Origin: Bacillota bacterium | GTDB lineage: Bacteria; Bacillota_I; Bacilli_A; RF39; UBA660 | DNA length: 64,000 nucleotides | Reading direction: 5' to 3' | NCBI GenBank assembly: GCA_015059375.1 | Contig: SVAN01000004.1 | Location: 142 to 64,141, forward strand | Shown: positions 8,026 to 15,756 of the stretch, one piece after another | How positions within the stretch are numbered: position 1 is the first letter of the stretch | Layout: the number at the start of each line of letters is the position of its first letter | Notes under the pieces: model-generated | What the model was told of the DNA's origin: nothing | The model's input: the letters and a program-made list of their open reading frames with translations, nothing else | Database searches by the model: none | Made by a program: the position numbers and the translations under genes

Positions 8026-8694
8026 ATGGAAAAAAGAAATACTTTATTATTAACAGTTATCGCAGTAGCTACATTATTAGTAGCAGTAGTAGGAGCTACA
8101 TTTGCATACTTCGCAAGTACATCATCAGTTACAAATACTTTAGATTTAAATACTACTACTCAAGCGAGTACAGCATCATTAACAGCTGAACAAGCTGCGT
8201 TAGCAATGACTGTGACACCAGACTTAATGCAAAAAGGTGATGCTAAGAATGAAGTTGCAAAATTTGCTACTGAAGATTTAAAAGTTACTTTATCTTCAAC
8301 TATGCCAGCGACTTGTACTTACAATATTTCTTGGGCTTGGGATTCAGGAGTAACTTATACACCAGTTGCTAGTCTTGATAGTTTAGGTGGTAAAGAATTT
8401 ACTATTGCTATTGCATATGCTGATAATAAGGCTACTGGTGATGAGGTAACTAATTCTGGTACACCAGGACAAAATATTACTTTAGGAACAACTGAAACAA
8501 ACTTTGATAAAGTTCCTGCAACTGTAATTACTGGTGCTAAGATTTATACTGATGGTACTGCTGCAACTATACAAACTTGGACAGTTACTGCTAGAGTTTA
8601 TAACTTAAATGCTGATCAAGCTAACCTATTAGGTGCTGAGGAAAAAGGTACATCATTTACTGGTAAATTCAGTATTACTGACGTAGTTTGCTAG
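8026..8694 (+). CDS. secreted TasA/camelysin-like (SipW-class signal peptide) paralog 3, probable major subunit
   Basis: 222 aa from ATG 8026 (RBS AAAGGAGA). Signal region LLVAVVGATFAYFAS is closest to camelysin GGTFAYFSD. Followed by TNTLDLNT, internal Cys97 (ATCTYNISWAW) and C-terminal ...FSITDVVC. It has its own promoter and terminator and noticeably different codon choice (GCT/ACT/GGT-rich). Confidence 0.8.
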   Translation: MEKRNTLLLTVIAVATLLVAVVGATFAYFASTSSVTNTLDLNTTTQASTASLTAEQAALAMTVTPDLMQKGDAKNEVAKFATEDLKVTLSSTMPATCTYNISWAWDSGVTYTPVASLDSLGGKEFTIAIAYADNKATGDEVTNSGTPGQNITLGTTETNFDKVPATVITGAKIYTDGTAATIQTWTVTARVYNLNADQANLLGAEEKGTSFTGKFSITDVVC

Positions 8695-8706
8695 TTATCT
8701 TATATT

Positions 8707-8738
8707 AAAAAAATCGACCATTTATTGGTCGTTTTTTT
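8707..8738 (+). terminator. rho-independent terminator after paralog 3
   Basis: CGACCA (8714-8719) pairs with TGGTCG (8725-8730), flanked by A-run and T-run. Confidence 0.7.
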
Positions 8739-8791
8739 GTTGTCATAAGCACCTAATTTGTGTTATTATATTATTAAGGTAGGAAACCGTA

Positions 8792-9451
8792 ATGAAGAGT
8801 GAAGAAAAGAATTATAAAACTGTTATGATTGCTGTTGTTTCTGTTATAGTGATGATAATTACAGTCACTTCTTTTACGTATGCCTTTTTTACTGCAAAAG
8901 TATCAACTCTAAATAATTTATCTATTAACGCTACAATTAGTGATGAATATAGTCCAGTTTTAACTGCTTATCCAAGTGGCGATTTGTCAGTTATGGTGAC
9001 AAGCGCAGATATGCTTGATACTGGAGCAAGTAGTGATAATACTTCAATAGGTGATTCTGCAAAGCAAAATTTGTATGTTACTTTATCAGCAGGTGGTGGC
9101 CAAGCAAATTCTTCGGTTACTTGTACGTATGATTTAGTTTGGAAAGATACTAGCGCAGCATCTTATGTTCCAAGTCCCAATGCCGTAAGTGAGAATTTAA
9201 AAGAATATACAATTAAAGTTATAGATAATACTGGTAGTGTAATCTATGCTGAAAATGGTGTGGATACAATGCTTTCGAGTGCAGTAAATAATGAGTTAAC
9301 TTTAGCTACTGGTTTAAGCATAGTTTCATCTGGGACAATGACAACTAAAACGTATACAGTAATTGCCACTATTTATAATTTAAATGTGGTTCAAAACATA
9401 TATAATAAAACTTATTCAAGTATGATTGGGGTTACTAATGTAACTTGTTAA
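8792..9451 (+). CDS. secreted TasA/camelysin-like (SipW-class signal peptide) paralog 4
   Basis: 219 aa. Signal region ...VMIITVTSFTYAFFTA, internal Cys111 (VTCTYDLVWK), C-terminal ...IGVTNVTC. Confidence 0.75.
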   Translation: MKSEEKNYKTVMIAVVSVIVMIITVTSFTYAFFTAKVSTLNNLSINATISDEYSPVLTAYPSGDLSVMVTSADMLDTGASSDNTSIGDSAKQNLYVTLSAGGGQANSSVTCTYDLVWKDTSAASYVPSPNAVSENLKEYTIKVIDNTGSVIYAENGVDTMLSSAVNNELTLATGLSIVSSGTMTTKTYTVIATIYNLNVVQNIYNKTYSSMIGVTNVTC

Positions 9452-9462
9452 GAGGGGTAAAA

Positions 9463-10098
9463 ATGAGTAGAAAAAATAAGACAATTGTGTGGCTTTTATT
9501 ATTTGTTTTTTTGATTGTAATATTTACATCACTGGGTACTTATGCTTTTTTTGAAGCTAGAGAATATTTCTATGGTAACTTTGATGTTGAAGTAACTACT
9601 AAAGGCGTTGATACCTTAGCGTTTACAGGTAATCATGATATTGAACTCGTGGCAAATGCCAATAATTTTGCTCCTGATATTGGTTATAATTTAACAGGAA
9701 GGGCTAAAATGGAGGTGAAGCTTGACACGACAAAAGCAAGTGCAAGTTATTGTTATGAACTTAAGATGAACTTGCCAGAAGAAAAAGTGTTTACATATTC
9801 AGTTGGGAGCAATCGACCAGATTTATTATTAAACGTGCGGTTTTCATCGGATGGAAAGCAATATGAAAGTATTATCAGCAATATGGATATTACTGAAAAA
9901 ACGGGAGTGATTGATATTCCAGTTGGTAAAGATGGTAATGTTTATTTACATAAAATTGAAACAACTAAAAATATTACAAATATTCATAATTGGCAAGCTG
10001 ATATAACTTTGGTATGGTTTGATGATGTTGATCAAGTAATTAATGATAATAAAACTTATAGTGCATTTTTAGAAGCAAAACGTGTAGATTGTAATTAA
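9463..10098 (+). CDS. secreted TasA/camelysin-like (SipW-class signal peptide) paralog 5 (most divergent)
   Basis: 211 aa from ATG 9463 (RBS AGAGGGG). Signal region ...LIVIFTSLGTYAFFEA, internal Cys97 (SYCYELKM), C-terminal ...KRVDCN (Cys penultimate). Confidence 0.7.
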   Translation: MSRKNKTIVWLLLFVFLIVIFTSLGTYAFFEAREYFYGNFDVEVTTKGVDTLAFTGNHDIELVANANNFAPDIGYNLTGRAKMEVKLDTTKASASYCYELKMNLPEEKVFTYSVGSNRPDLLLNVRFSSDGKQYESIISNMDITEKTGVIDIPVGKDGNVYLHKIETTKNITNIHNWQADITLVWFDDVDQVINDNKTYSAFLEAKRVDCN

Positions 10099-10129
10099 TA
10101 ATTGTGATAGAATCTAAGTGGTGATTTAA

Positions 10130-10843
10130 ATGGGATTATTATTTACGTTTATAACGGGTGCTTTTTTTCTTTTAGGGATTTTTTTAAATAAGGGATGTAA
10201 CAATAAAAAAAATATTAGTGTTTTATCAATTTCTCTAGCTTTTGTTGTTTTGCTAAATTTAATTGGGTTAGACCTAGCCCCAGAAGTTTTTTCTAATATC
10301 ACTTTATGGCGATTATTCTTTATCGTTTTAGGTTTTACCCTTCTAAAAGCAATGGATTTATTTGTTCCTCATCATGAACACAGTCACCATGAAAAAAAGG
10401 ATAATATAAAAGAACACAATAATCATTTAGAACATATAAGTATTATAACAATTTTAGCTTTAACTCTTCATAATGTGATTGAATGTATGGTGTTATATAA
10501 TGTAACTTTAGGATCTTTGAAAGCTGGAGCATTAATGTGTTTGGCGATTGGACTTCACAATATTCCATTAGGTTTTCAAATCGGGGGAAGTATTAAGAAA
10601 AGAAAGATGCTTTACATTAGTATTTTGACTTTGTCTGGTGTAATCGGCGGAATTATAGCGTTATTAATTGGTAGCATTCCTGAAACTGTTGAATCATATA
10701 TTTTATGTTTTACTTTAGGTATGTTGATTTATTTAACTTTTTTTGAACTATTAAAAGAATTACTATCTTCGTTAAAAAATAAATATACATTATTTGGCAT
10801 TTTAATAGGGATTGTCCTTATTGTTATTACAAATTTGTTATAA
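10130..10843 (+). CDS. ZIP-family divalent metal (zinc) transporter
   Basis: 237 aa, polytopic. His-rich loop HHEHSHHEKKDNIKEHNNHLEH. Motifs HNVIECM and GLHNIPLGF are typical of ZupT/ZIP. Confidence 0.75.
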   Translation: MGLLFTFITGAFFLLGIFLNKGCNNKKNISVLSISLAFVVLLNLIGLDLAPEVFSNITLWRLFFIVLGFTLLKAMDLFVPHHEHSHHEKKDNIKEHNNHLEHISIITILALTLHNVIECMVLYNVTLGSLKAGALMCLAIGLHNIPLGFQIGGSIKKRKMLYISILTLSGVIGGIIALLIGSIPETVESYILCFTLGMLIYLTFFELLKELLSSLKNKYTLFGILIGIVLIVITNLL

Positions 10844-10854
10844 AGAGGTAAAGA

Positions 10855-11784
10855 ATGAAAAAAGTTTTAGTAACAGGAGCCGCTGGAGCAATTGGCTTAA
10901 ATTTAATTAAATATTTATTATCAGAGGGAAAATATGAAATAACAGCGTTGGATTTAAAAAATAAAAAGGTTTATAAAAGACTTCGAAGATATCGAAAACG
11001 GGTAAACATTATTTATGGTGATATTTTAGATAGACCATTAGTTGAAAATTTAGTTAAAGATCATGATGTTGTTATTCATTTATCAACTTGTCTGCCTCCG
11101 CTTGCAGAATATAAAAAAGAATTAGTTGATCTTATCGAATATAATGGTACGGAAAATATCGTAAGGGCTATAAATTATTATAATCCTAAGTGTTATATGA
11201 TTTATGCGTCTTCCACTAGCTTATATAAGGATGAGCAGGGATGTGTAACGAATAAAATTAAGCTTGGCGAATATGATTATTATAATAGCGCTAAAGAACA
11301 GTCTGAAAACCTAATTGCTAAGAAAATAAAATATCATACAATTATCCGTGTGCCATTAGTGCTAAGTGATTTAAGATGTGAGTCATTTATTTATAATATA
11401 AAAAAAAGCACTTATGTTGAATTTATAACTAAAGAAGATGCAGCATACGCATTTTGCCGCGCTGTTGATAAAAACAGTGAATTAAATAAAAAAATTATTA
11501 ATATTGGTGGAGGCGCTACATGCAGATGTACATATCGGGATCTTTTAATTGGAATTTTAAAATATCATGGGTGTAGTTTGAATTATCTTTTGACCCGTAT
11601 ATTTACTGCAAAGAATTTTACTAGTCCCGTTTTACTAGATAGCGATAAGTCAAATGACATTTTAAATTATCGCAGTGACTCTTTACAGAGTTATTTAATG
11701 CGTCAAAAACGGCGGAGTCGTAAAAGAAAATTGCAGATTTTACTAGGCAAACCATTTATTTGGTTTTTGACAAGGAAAAAATAA
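10855..11784 (+). CDS. NAD-dependent epimerase/dehydratase family protein
   Basis: 309 aa. N-terminal Rossmann motif VLVTGAAGAIGLNL. Basic C-terminal tail. Substrate unknown. Confidence 0.65.
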   Translation: MKKVLVTGAAGAIGLNLIKYLLSEGKYEITALDLKNKKVYKRLRRYRKRVNIIYGDILDRPLVENLVKDHDVVIHLSTCLPPLAEYKKELVDLIEYNGTENIVRAINYYNPKCYMIYASSTSLYKDEQGCVTNKIKLGEYDYYNSAKEQSENLIAKKIKYHTIIRVPLVLSDLRCESFIYNIKKSTYVEFITKEDAAYAFCRAVDKNSELNKKIINIGGGATCRCTYRDLLIGILKYHGCSLNYLLTRIFTAKNFTSPVLLDSDKSNDILNYRSDSLQSYLMRQKRRSRKRKLQILLGKPFIWFLTRKK

Positions 11785-11787
11785 AAG

Positions 11788-12831
11788 ATGATAGGATTAA
11801 CATTATCAGGTGGAGGAGTAAACGGCAGCTATCAAATTGGGGCATTCATGGCATTTAAAGAGTGTGGAATTAAATTTGATGGTATAACAGGAACATCAAT
11901 TGGGGCTTTTAATGGAGCTGTTTTAGCTAGTAATATGGAATCGGAACTTCTTGATTTTTGGCTAAATGTTGATGTTGGGCGGCTTCTTGGTTTTAATCAG
12001 AAATATTTAGATAAAGTAAAAAATAAACAAATTGATTTGGAATATTTTTTGTTAAAATTTGATAATTTTGTTGATATTCTGAAAAATCAAGGAGTGAGCA
12101 TTGATGGCTTGCAGAGGGTTTTAGAAGATTTTGGTTTAGAAGATAAAATCCGGAAAAGTAAAATTATTTATGGGCTTAGTACTTTAAGATTAAAAGATAA
12201 TAAACCACTTAACCTCTTTTTAGAAGATATTCCTTATGGTAGTTTAAATAATTATATCTTAGCTAGTTGTTATTTGCCAATTTTTAAAAGAGAAAAATTA
12301 GAGGATGATAGTTATTTTTTTGACGGGGGAATTCATAATTATTGTCCTGTGAATATGCTTTTAGATAAAGGATTTAAGAAAGTTTATGCCATTGATTTGA
12401 AAGCAATTGGGATAAGTGAAATAGTTAAAGATAAAAGTAAAGTAGTTTATCTTAGACCTTCCCGTAAACTTAGTTCCATGATATCTTTAGATCAAGAAGC
12501 GATAAAAGAAAATATTCGAATGGGGTATTATGACACTTTAAAGTATTTAAAAGGATATGATGGTAATGAATATATTTTTAAGAAAAAATCTAAATTGTAT
12601 TATAAATTGATTACCTCGAAAGTAAGTAAGAAAACTTTAGCTCTTGCTAGCGGCTTTTTTGGAACATCATCAAAAAAAGAATTAGTTATCCGTTCTTTAG
12701 AATACATTTTAAAGAAAGACCAACAAACTTATTATCAAATTTATAAGGTAAATGAATTAATTAGGAAGTATCAAAATCATGATAGTAAAGCAATTGCAAT
12801 TCGCTTTATAAGTGAATTACTTAAATTTTAA
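11788..12831 (+). CDS. patatin-like phospholipase family protein
   Basis: 347 aa. Oxyanion motif LSGGGVNG, nucleophile elbow GTSIGA (GxSxG), and FDGG containing the catalytic Asp. Confidence 0.8.
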   Translation: MIGLTLSGGGVNGSYQIGAFMAFKECGIKFDGITGTSIGAFNGAVLASNMESELLDFWLNVDVGRLLGFNQKYLDKVKNKQIDLEYFLLKFDNFVDILKNQGVSIDGLQRVLEDFGLEDKIRKSKIIYGLSTLRLKDNKPLNLFLEDIPYGSLNNYILASCYLPIFKREKLEDDSYFFDGGIHNYCPVNMLLDKGFKKVYAIDLKAIGISEIVKDKSKVVYLRPSRKLSSMISLDQEAIKENIRMGYYDTLKYLKGYDGNEYIFKKKSKLYYKLITSKVSKKTLALASGFFGTSSKKELVIRSLEYILKKDQQTYYQIYKVNELIRKYQNHDSKAIAIRFISELLKF

Positions 12832-12887
12832 GTTGCATTTTTATACTTATTTGATATAATATTTTTCACGAAAAGAAAGAGGTTATA

Positions 12888-13361
12888 ATGAAATTGAAAT
12901 TAACGCCATCGGACATTCAAATGAAAAGAAGTCAAATTAATGAATATAGTAAAAGACGTAAAGAATTATTAGCGAATGAAGACATTCGCATTGAGCGTAA
13001 TGATGAAGACGCTCCAGTTTTATACGAAGATTCACAAGCTGCCTTATTAGGTTCGATTATTCAAAATTTGAAAGAAGAACTTGAAAATTCTGAAGAAGTT
13101 ATTCTCGAAGACTATCCAGAAAATATTATTGGGCTTTATGACTATGTAACTTTATGTTTAGAATATGATGGATTTGAACCCGAAGAAGTAACGTATTTAA
13201 TTTGTGATGTTAAAGTTGAAGGTGAAGCTACAATTACAACTGGTTCACCAATTGGTTTAGCAGTTTATGGTAAAGCCGTAGGAACTGTAACTAGTTGTAA
13301 AACTCCGAATGGCAAATTGAAAATTACTATTTTAGAAAAAACTAAAGGAAGATGCAGATAA
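12888..13361 (+). CDS. GreA/GreB-family protein (divergent)
   Basis: 157 aa. The C-terminal domain fits the Gre C-terminal pattern (TTGSPIGLAVYGKAVGTVTSCKTPNGKLKITILEK). The N-terminal coiled-coil half is poorly conserved. Confidence 0.6.
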   Translation: MKLKLTPSDIQMKRSQINEYSKRRKELLANEDIRIERNDEDAPVLYEDSQAALLGSIIQNLKEELENSEEVILEDYPENIIGLYDYVTLCLEYDGFEPEEVTYLICDVKVEGEATITTGSPIGLAVYGKAVGTVTSCKTPNGKLKITILEKTKGRCR

Positions 13362-13365
13362 AACA

Positions 13366-13398
13366 AGAACTATTGGTTTTAAATCAATAGTTTTTTTG
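13366..13398 (+). terminator. rho-independent terminator
   Basis: AACTATTG (13368-13375) pairs with CAATAGTT (13385-13392), then a T-run. Confidence 0.75.
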
Positions 13399-13477
13399 TC
13401 AAAAATTTTTACTTAGTTACCAATTTTACATTATTTTATGTTATTATAATTTAAGATATTTTTAGTAGGAGTTTGTC

Positions 13478-14746
13478 ATGAGTTATTCAATTTTACCAGC
13501 AGATCGTTATAAAGTAATAAATAAAACAATATTAAGTGAAGTTGATCGTCAAAACTTAATGAATTTTTATGGACCAATTATTGGTTCTTTATCTGTTTCA
13601 TTATATTTAATCTTATGGCAAGATTTAAATAAGTTTTCAGAAGAAAGTGAATTTTTATTACATCATCATTTAATGAGCGTTTTAAAATGTAGTGCGAAAA
13701 ATTTGAAAGAAGCTAGAGAATCACTTGAGGCAGTAGGACTTATCAAAGCTTTTGTTAAAGAAGAAAATGTTCTTGTATATATTTATGAATTATATTCACC
13801 TTTGTATCCCTCAGAATTTTTAAATCACCCAATCCTAAGTGTGGTGTTATATAATAATATTGGCTCTGAAGAATATGAAAAGATTTTAAAACAATATCAG
13901 AAGAAGAAATATGATTATTCTGGTTTTTTAGAAATAACTAAAAATATGGATGAAGTATATAAATCTGAAAGCTTTAATCAAGTTGATAATTTAAAAGAAA
14001 GAGAGGCTGCACAAGTTAAATTAACTAGTAAAATTGATTATGATTTAATTGTTAGTAGTATTCCTAAAGATACTTTATCAGAAAAAGCCTTTAATAAAAA
14101 GAATCGTGAATTAATTGATAACTTATCATTTATTTATGATGTTGATACATTAAAAATGATAGAGTATATTAGGATGAGTATTAATGAATTTGGGATGATT
14201 GATAAACAAACACTACGTAATACGGTTCGAAAGTATTATCAATTATCATCAAATAGTTTGCCAACAATTGTTTATCGAACCCAACCTGAATTTTTGAAAA
14301 AAGCTTCGGGTGATAATTCGTTACGCGGCCAAATTGTAGCAATGTTTGAAAATATATCTCCTTATGATTTTTTAAAAAGTAAAAATAAGGGGGCTAGTCC
14401 GACTTCGAAAGACTTAAAGTTAGTTGAATCCCTTTTAGTAGATTTGGAATTAACACCTGCAGTAGTAAATGTTTTACTTGATTACTGTTTAAGAAAAAAT
14501 AATAATAAATTAACCGTTAATTATGTCGAAACTGTGGCAGCCCAATGGAAAAGAGCTGATTTAAAAACTGCTGAAGAGGCTATGGTTTTTGCCGAAAAAG
14601 AACATAAGAAGAGTTTAAAGAAAGCAACCGAAAAAGAAAAAAGTAAAGCAATTGAACCAGCTTGGTTTAATAAAAACATTGAAAAGAAAGAAGTAAGTCA
14701 GCAAGAAGCTGAAGAACTACAAGAACTTCTTAAGGAGTTTAAGTAA
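13478..14746 (+). CDS. dnaB: replication initiation and membrane attachment protein (Firmicute DnaB, DnaD-domain helicase-loader partner)
   Basis: 422 aa. Sits directly upstream of and overlaps dnaI (TAATG). The C-terminal DnaB_2/DnaD-like repeat reads ...NYVETVAAQWKRADLKTAEEAMVFAEKEHK. Confidence 0.75.
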   Translation: MSYSILPADRYKVINKTILSEVDRQNLMNFYGPIIGSLSVSLYLILWQDLNKFSEESEFLLHHHLMSVLKCSAKNLKEARESLEAVGLIKAFVKEENVLVYIYELYSPLYPSEFLNHPILSVVLYNNIGSEEYEKILKQYQKKKYDYSGFLEITKNMDEVYKSESFNQVDNLKEREAAQVKLTSKIDYDLIVSSIPKDTLSEKAFNKKNRELIDNLSFIYDVDTLKMIEYIRMSINEFGMIDKQTLRNTVRKYYQLSSNSLPTIVYRTQPEFLKKASGDNSLRGQIVAMFENISPYDFLKSKNKGASPTSKDLKLVESLLVDLELTPAVVNVLLDYCLRKNNNKLTVNYVETVAAQWKRADLKTAEEAMVFAEKEHKKSLKKATEKEKSKAIEPAWFNKNIEKKEVSQQEAEELQELLKEFK

Positions 14747-15633
14747 TGGAAAGTATTAATGAAACTTTAAAAAGAAAAATTAATAAAAAATCATCAGAAA
14801 AGGTGGTACTTAAAAAAGTTGATCAAAGATTTATGAAATTAGTTAAACCTTTGGAACTGTCGGATGCAGAAATTGCTTATAATTTGTCTTCTTTCGAAGA
14901 TACTTTGACAGAATTAGATAATTGTAAAAAATGTCCAGGTCTTAGTAAATGCAAAAATCATCTACAAGGATATGTTTATTATCCTCAAAAGGGCGGGAGT
15001 AAAGTAAGTTTTAATTATATTCCGTGTAAGCACCAAAAAAAATACGAAGAGGATATGCAAAATAAAGATGCTAATATGGAGCTTTTAAAAGCGAGAATGA
15101 AAGATATTGATGTAACCGATAAAAGTCGGGTAACATTAATTAAATGGTTAAAGAGTTTTTATGATAATTATGATATTACCAAAACGAATAAAGGATTATA
15201 TTTACATGGAACTTTTGGAAGTGGCAAAACATTTTTATTAGCGGCATTATTAAATGAATTAGCAGATAAAAAGAAAGTAAATTATGAAATTGTTTATTTT
15301 CCGGAATTGTTACGCATTTTAAAAGATAATTTCACTTTGTTAGATAGTAAAATAAGATATTATTCAACCGTCGAGATTTTATTAATTGATGATATTGGGG
15401 CAGAGAAAGTTAGTGACTGGGGGCGAGATGAAATTTTGGGAACGATTCTTCAGAGTCGAATGAATCATCATCTAACTACATTCTTTACTAGTAATCTTAA
15501 TATTGATGAATTAGAAAGACATTTATCACTTTCTAAAAATAGCGAAGATATTGTAAAAGCGCGGCGAATCATTGAAAGGGTTAAACAATTAACTATTGAT
15601 ATGGAATTAATTTCTATTAATCGTCGTAAATAA
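14746..15633 (+). CDS. dnaI: primosomal helicase loader DnaI
   Basis: 295 aa. N-terminal Cys cluster (CKKCPGLSKC...C), AAA+ Walker A GTFGSGKTF and Walker B LLIDDIGAE. Confidence 0.85.
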   Translation: MESINETLKRKINKKSSEKVVLKKVDQRFMKLVKPLELSDAEIAYNLSSFEDTLTELDNCKKCPGLSKCKNHLQGYVYYPQKGGSKVSFNYIPCKHQKKYEEDMQNKDANMELLKARMKDIDVTDKSRVTLIKWLKSFYDNYDITKTNKGLYLHGTFGSGKTFLLAALLNELADKKKVNYEIVYFPELLRILKDNFTLLDSKIRYYSTVEILLIDDIGAEKVSDWGRDEILGTILQSRMNHHLTTFFTSNLNIDELERHLSLSKNSEDIVKARRIIERVKQLTIDMELISINRRK

Positions 15634-15657
15634 CAGCTATAAGCGTAGCTGTTTTTA
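15633..15657 (+). terminator. rho-independent terminator after dnaI
   Basis: ACAGCTA / TAGCTGT hairpin followed by TTTT. Confidence 0.7.
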
Positions 15658-15695
15658 TAACTATTGTTAAACGAACAAATATTTGCGTTTTCTTA

Positions 15696-15724
15696 TTGAC
15701 AATTATTTTTGATTAAGATAAAAT
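15696..15724 (+). promoter_or_regulatory. putative sigma-A promoter of recA
   Basis: TTGACA (15696-15701), 17-nt spacer, TAAAAT (15719-15724), about 30 nt upstream of the recA RBS AGAGGAG. Confidence 0.5.
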
Positions 15725-15756
15725 AAATTTGTCAGAGTTAATAAGAGGAGAGCGTA

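Noticed and set aside
15672-15687. Possible LexA (Cheo) box CGAACAAATATTTG upstream of the recA promoter
   Set aside because: It departs from CGAAC-N4-GTTCG at two positions in the right half (ATTTG versus GTTCG) and sits upstream of the -35 box. In a ~30% GC genome this could arise by chance, and I cannot score it against a genome-specific matrix.
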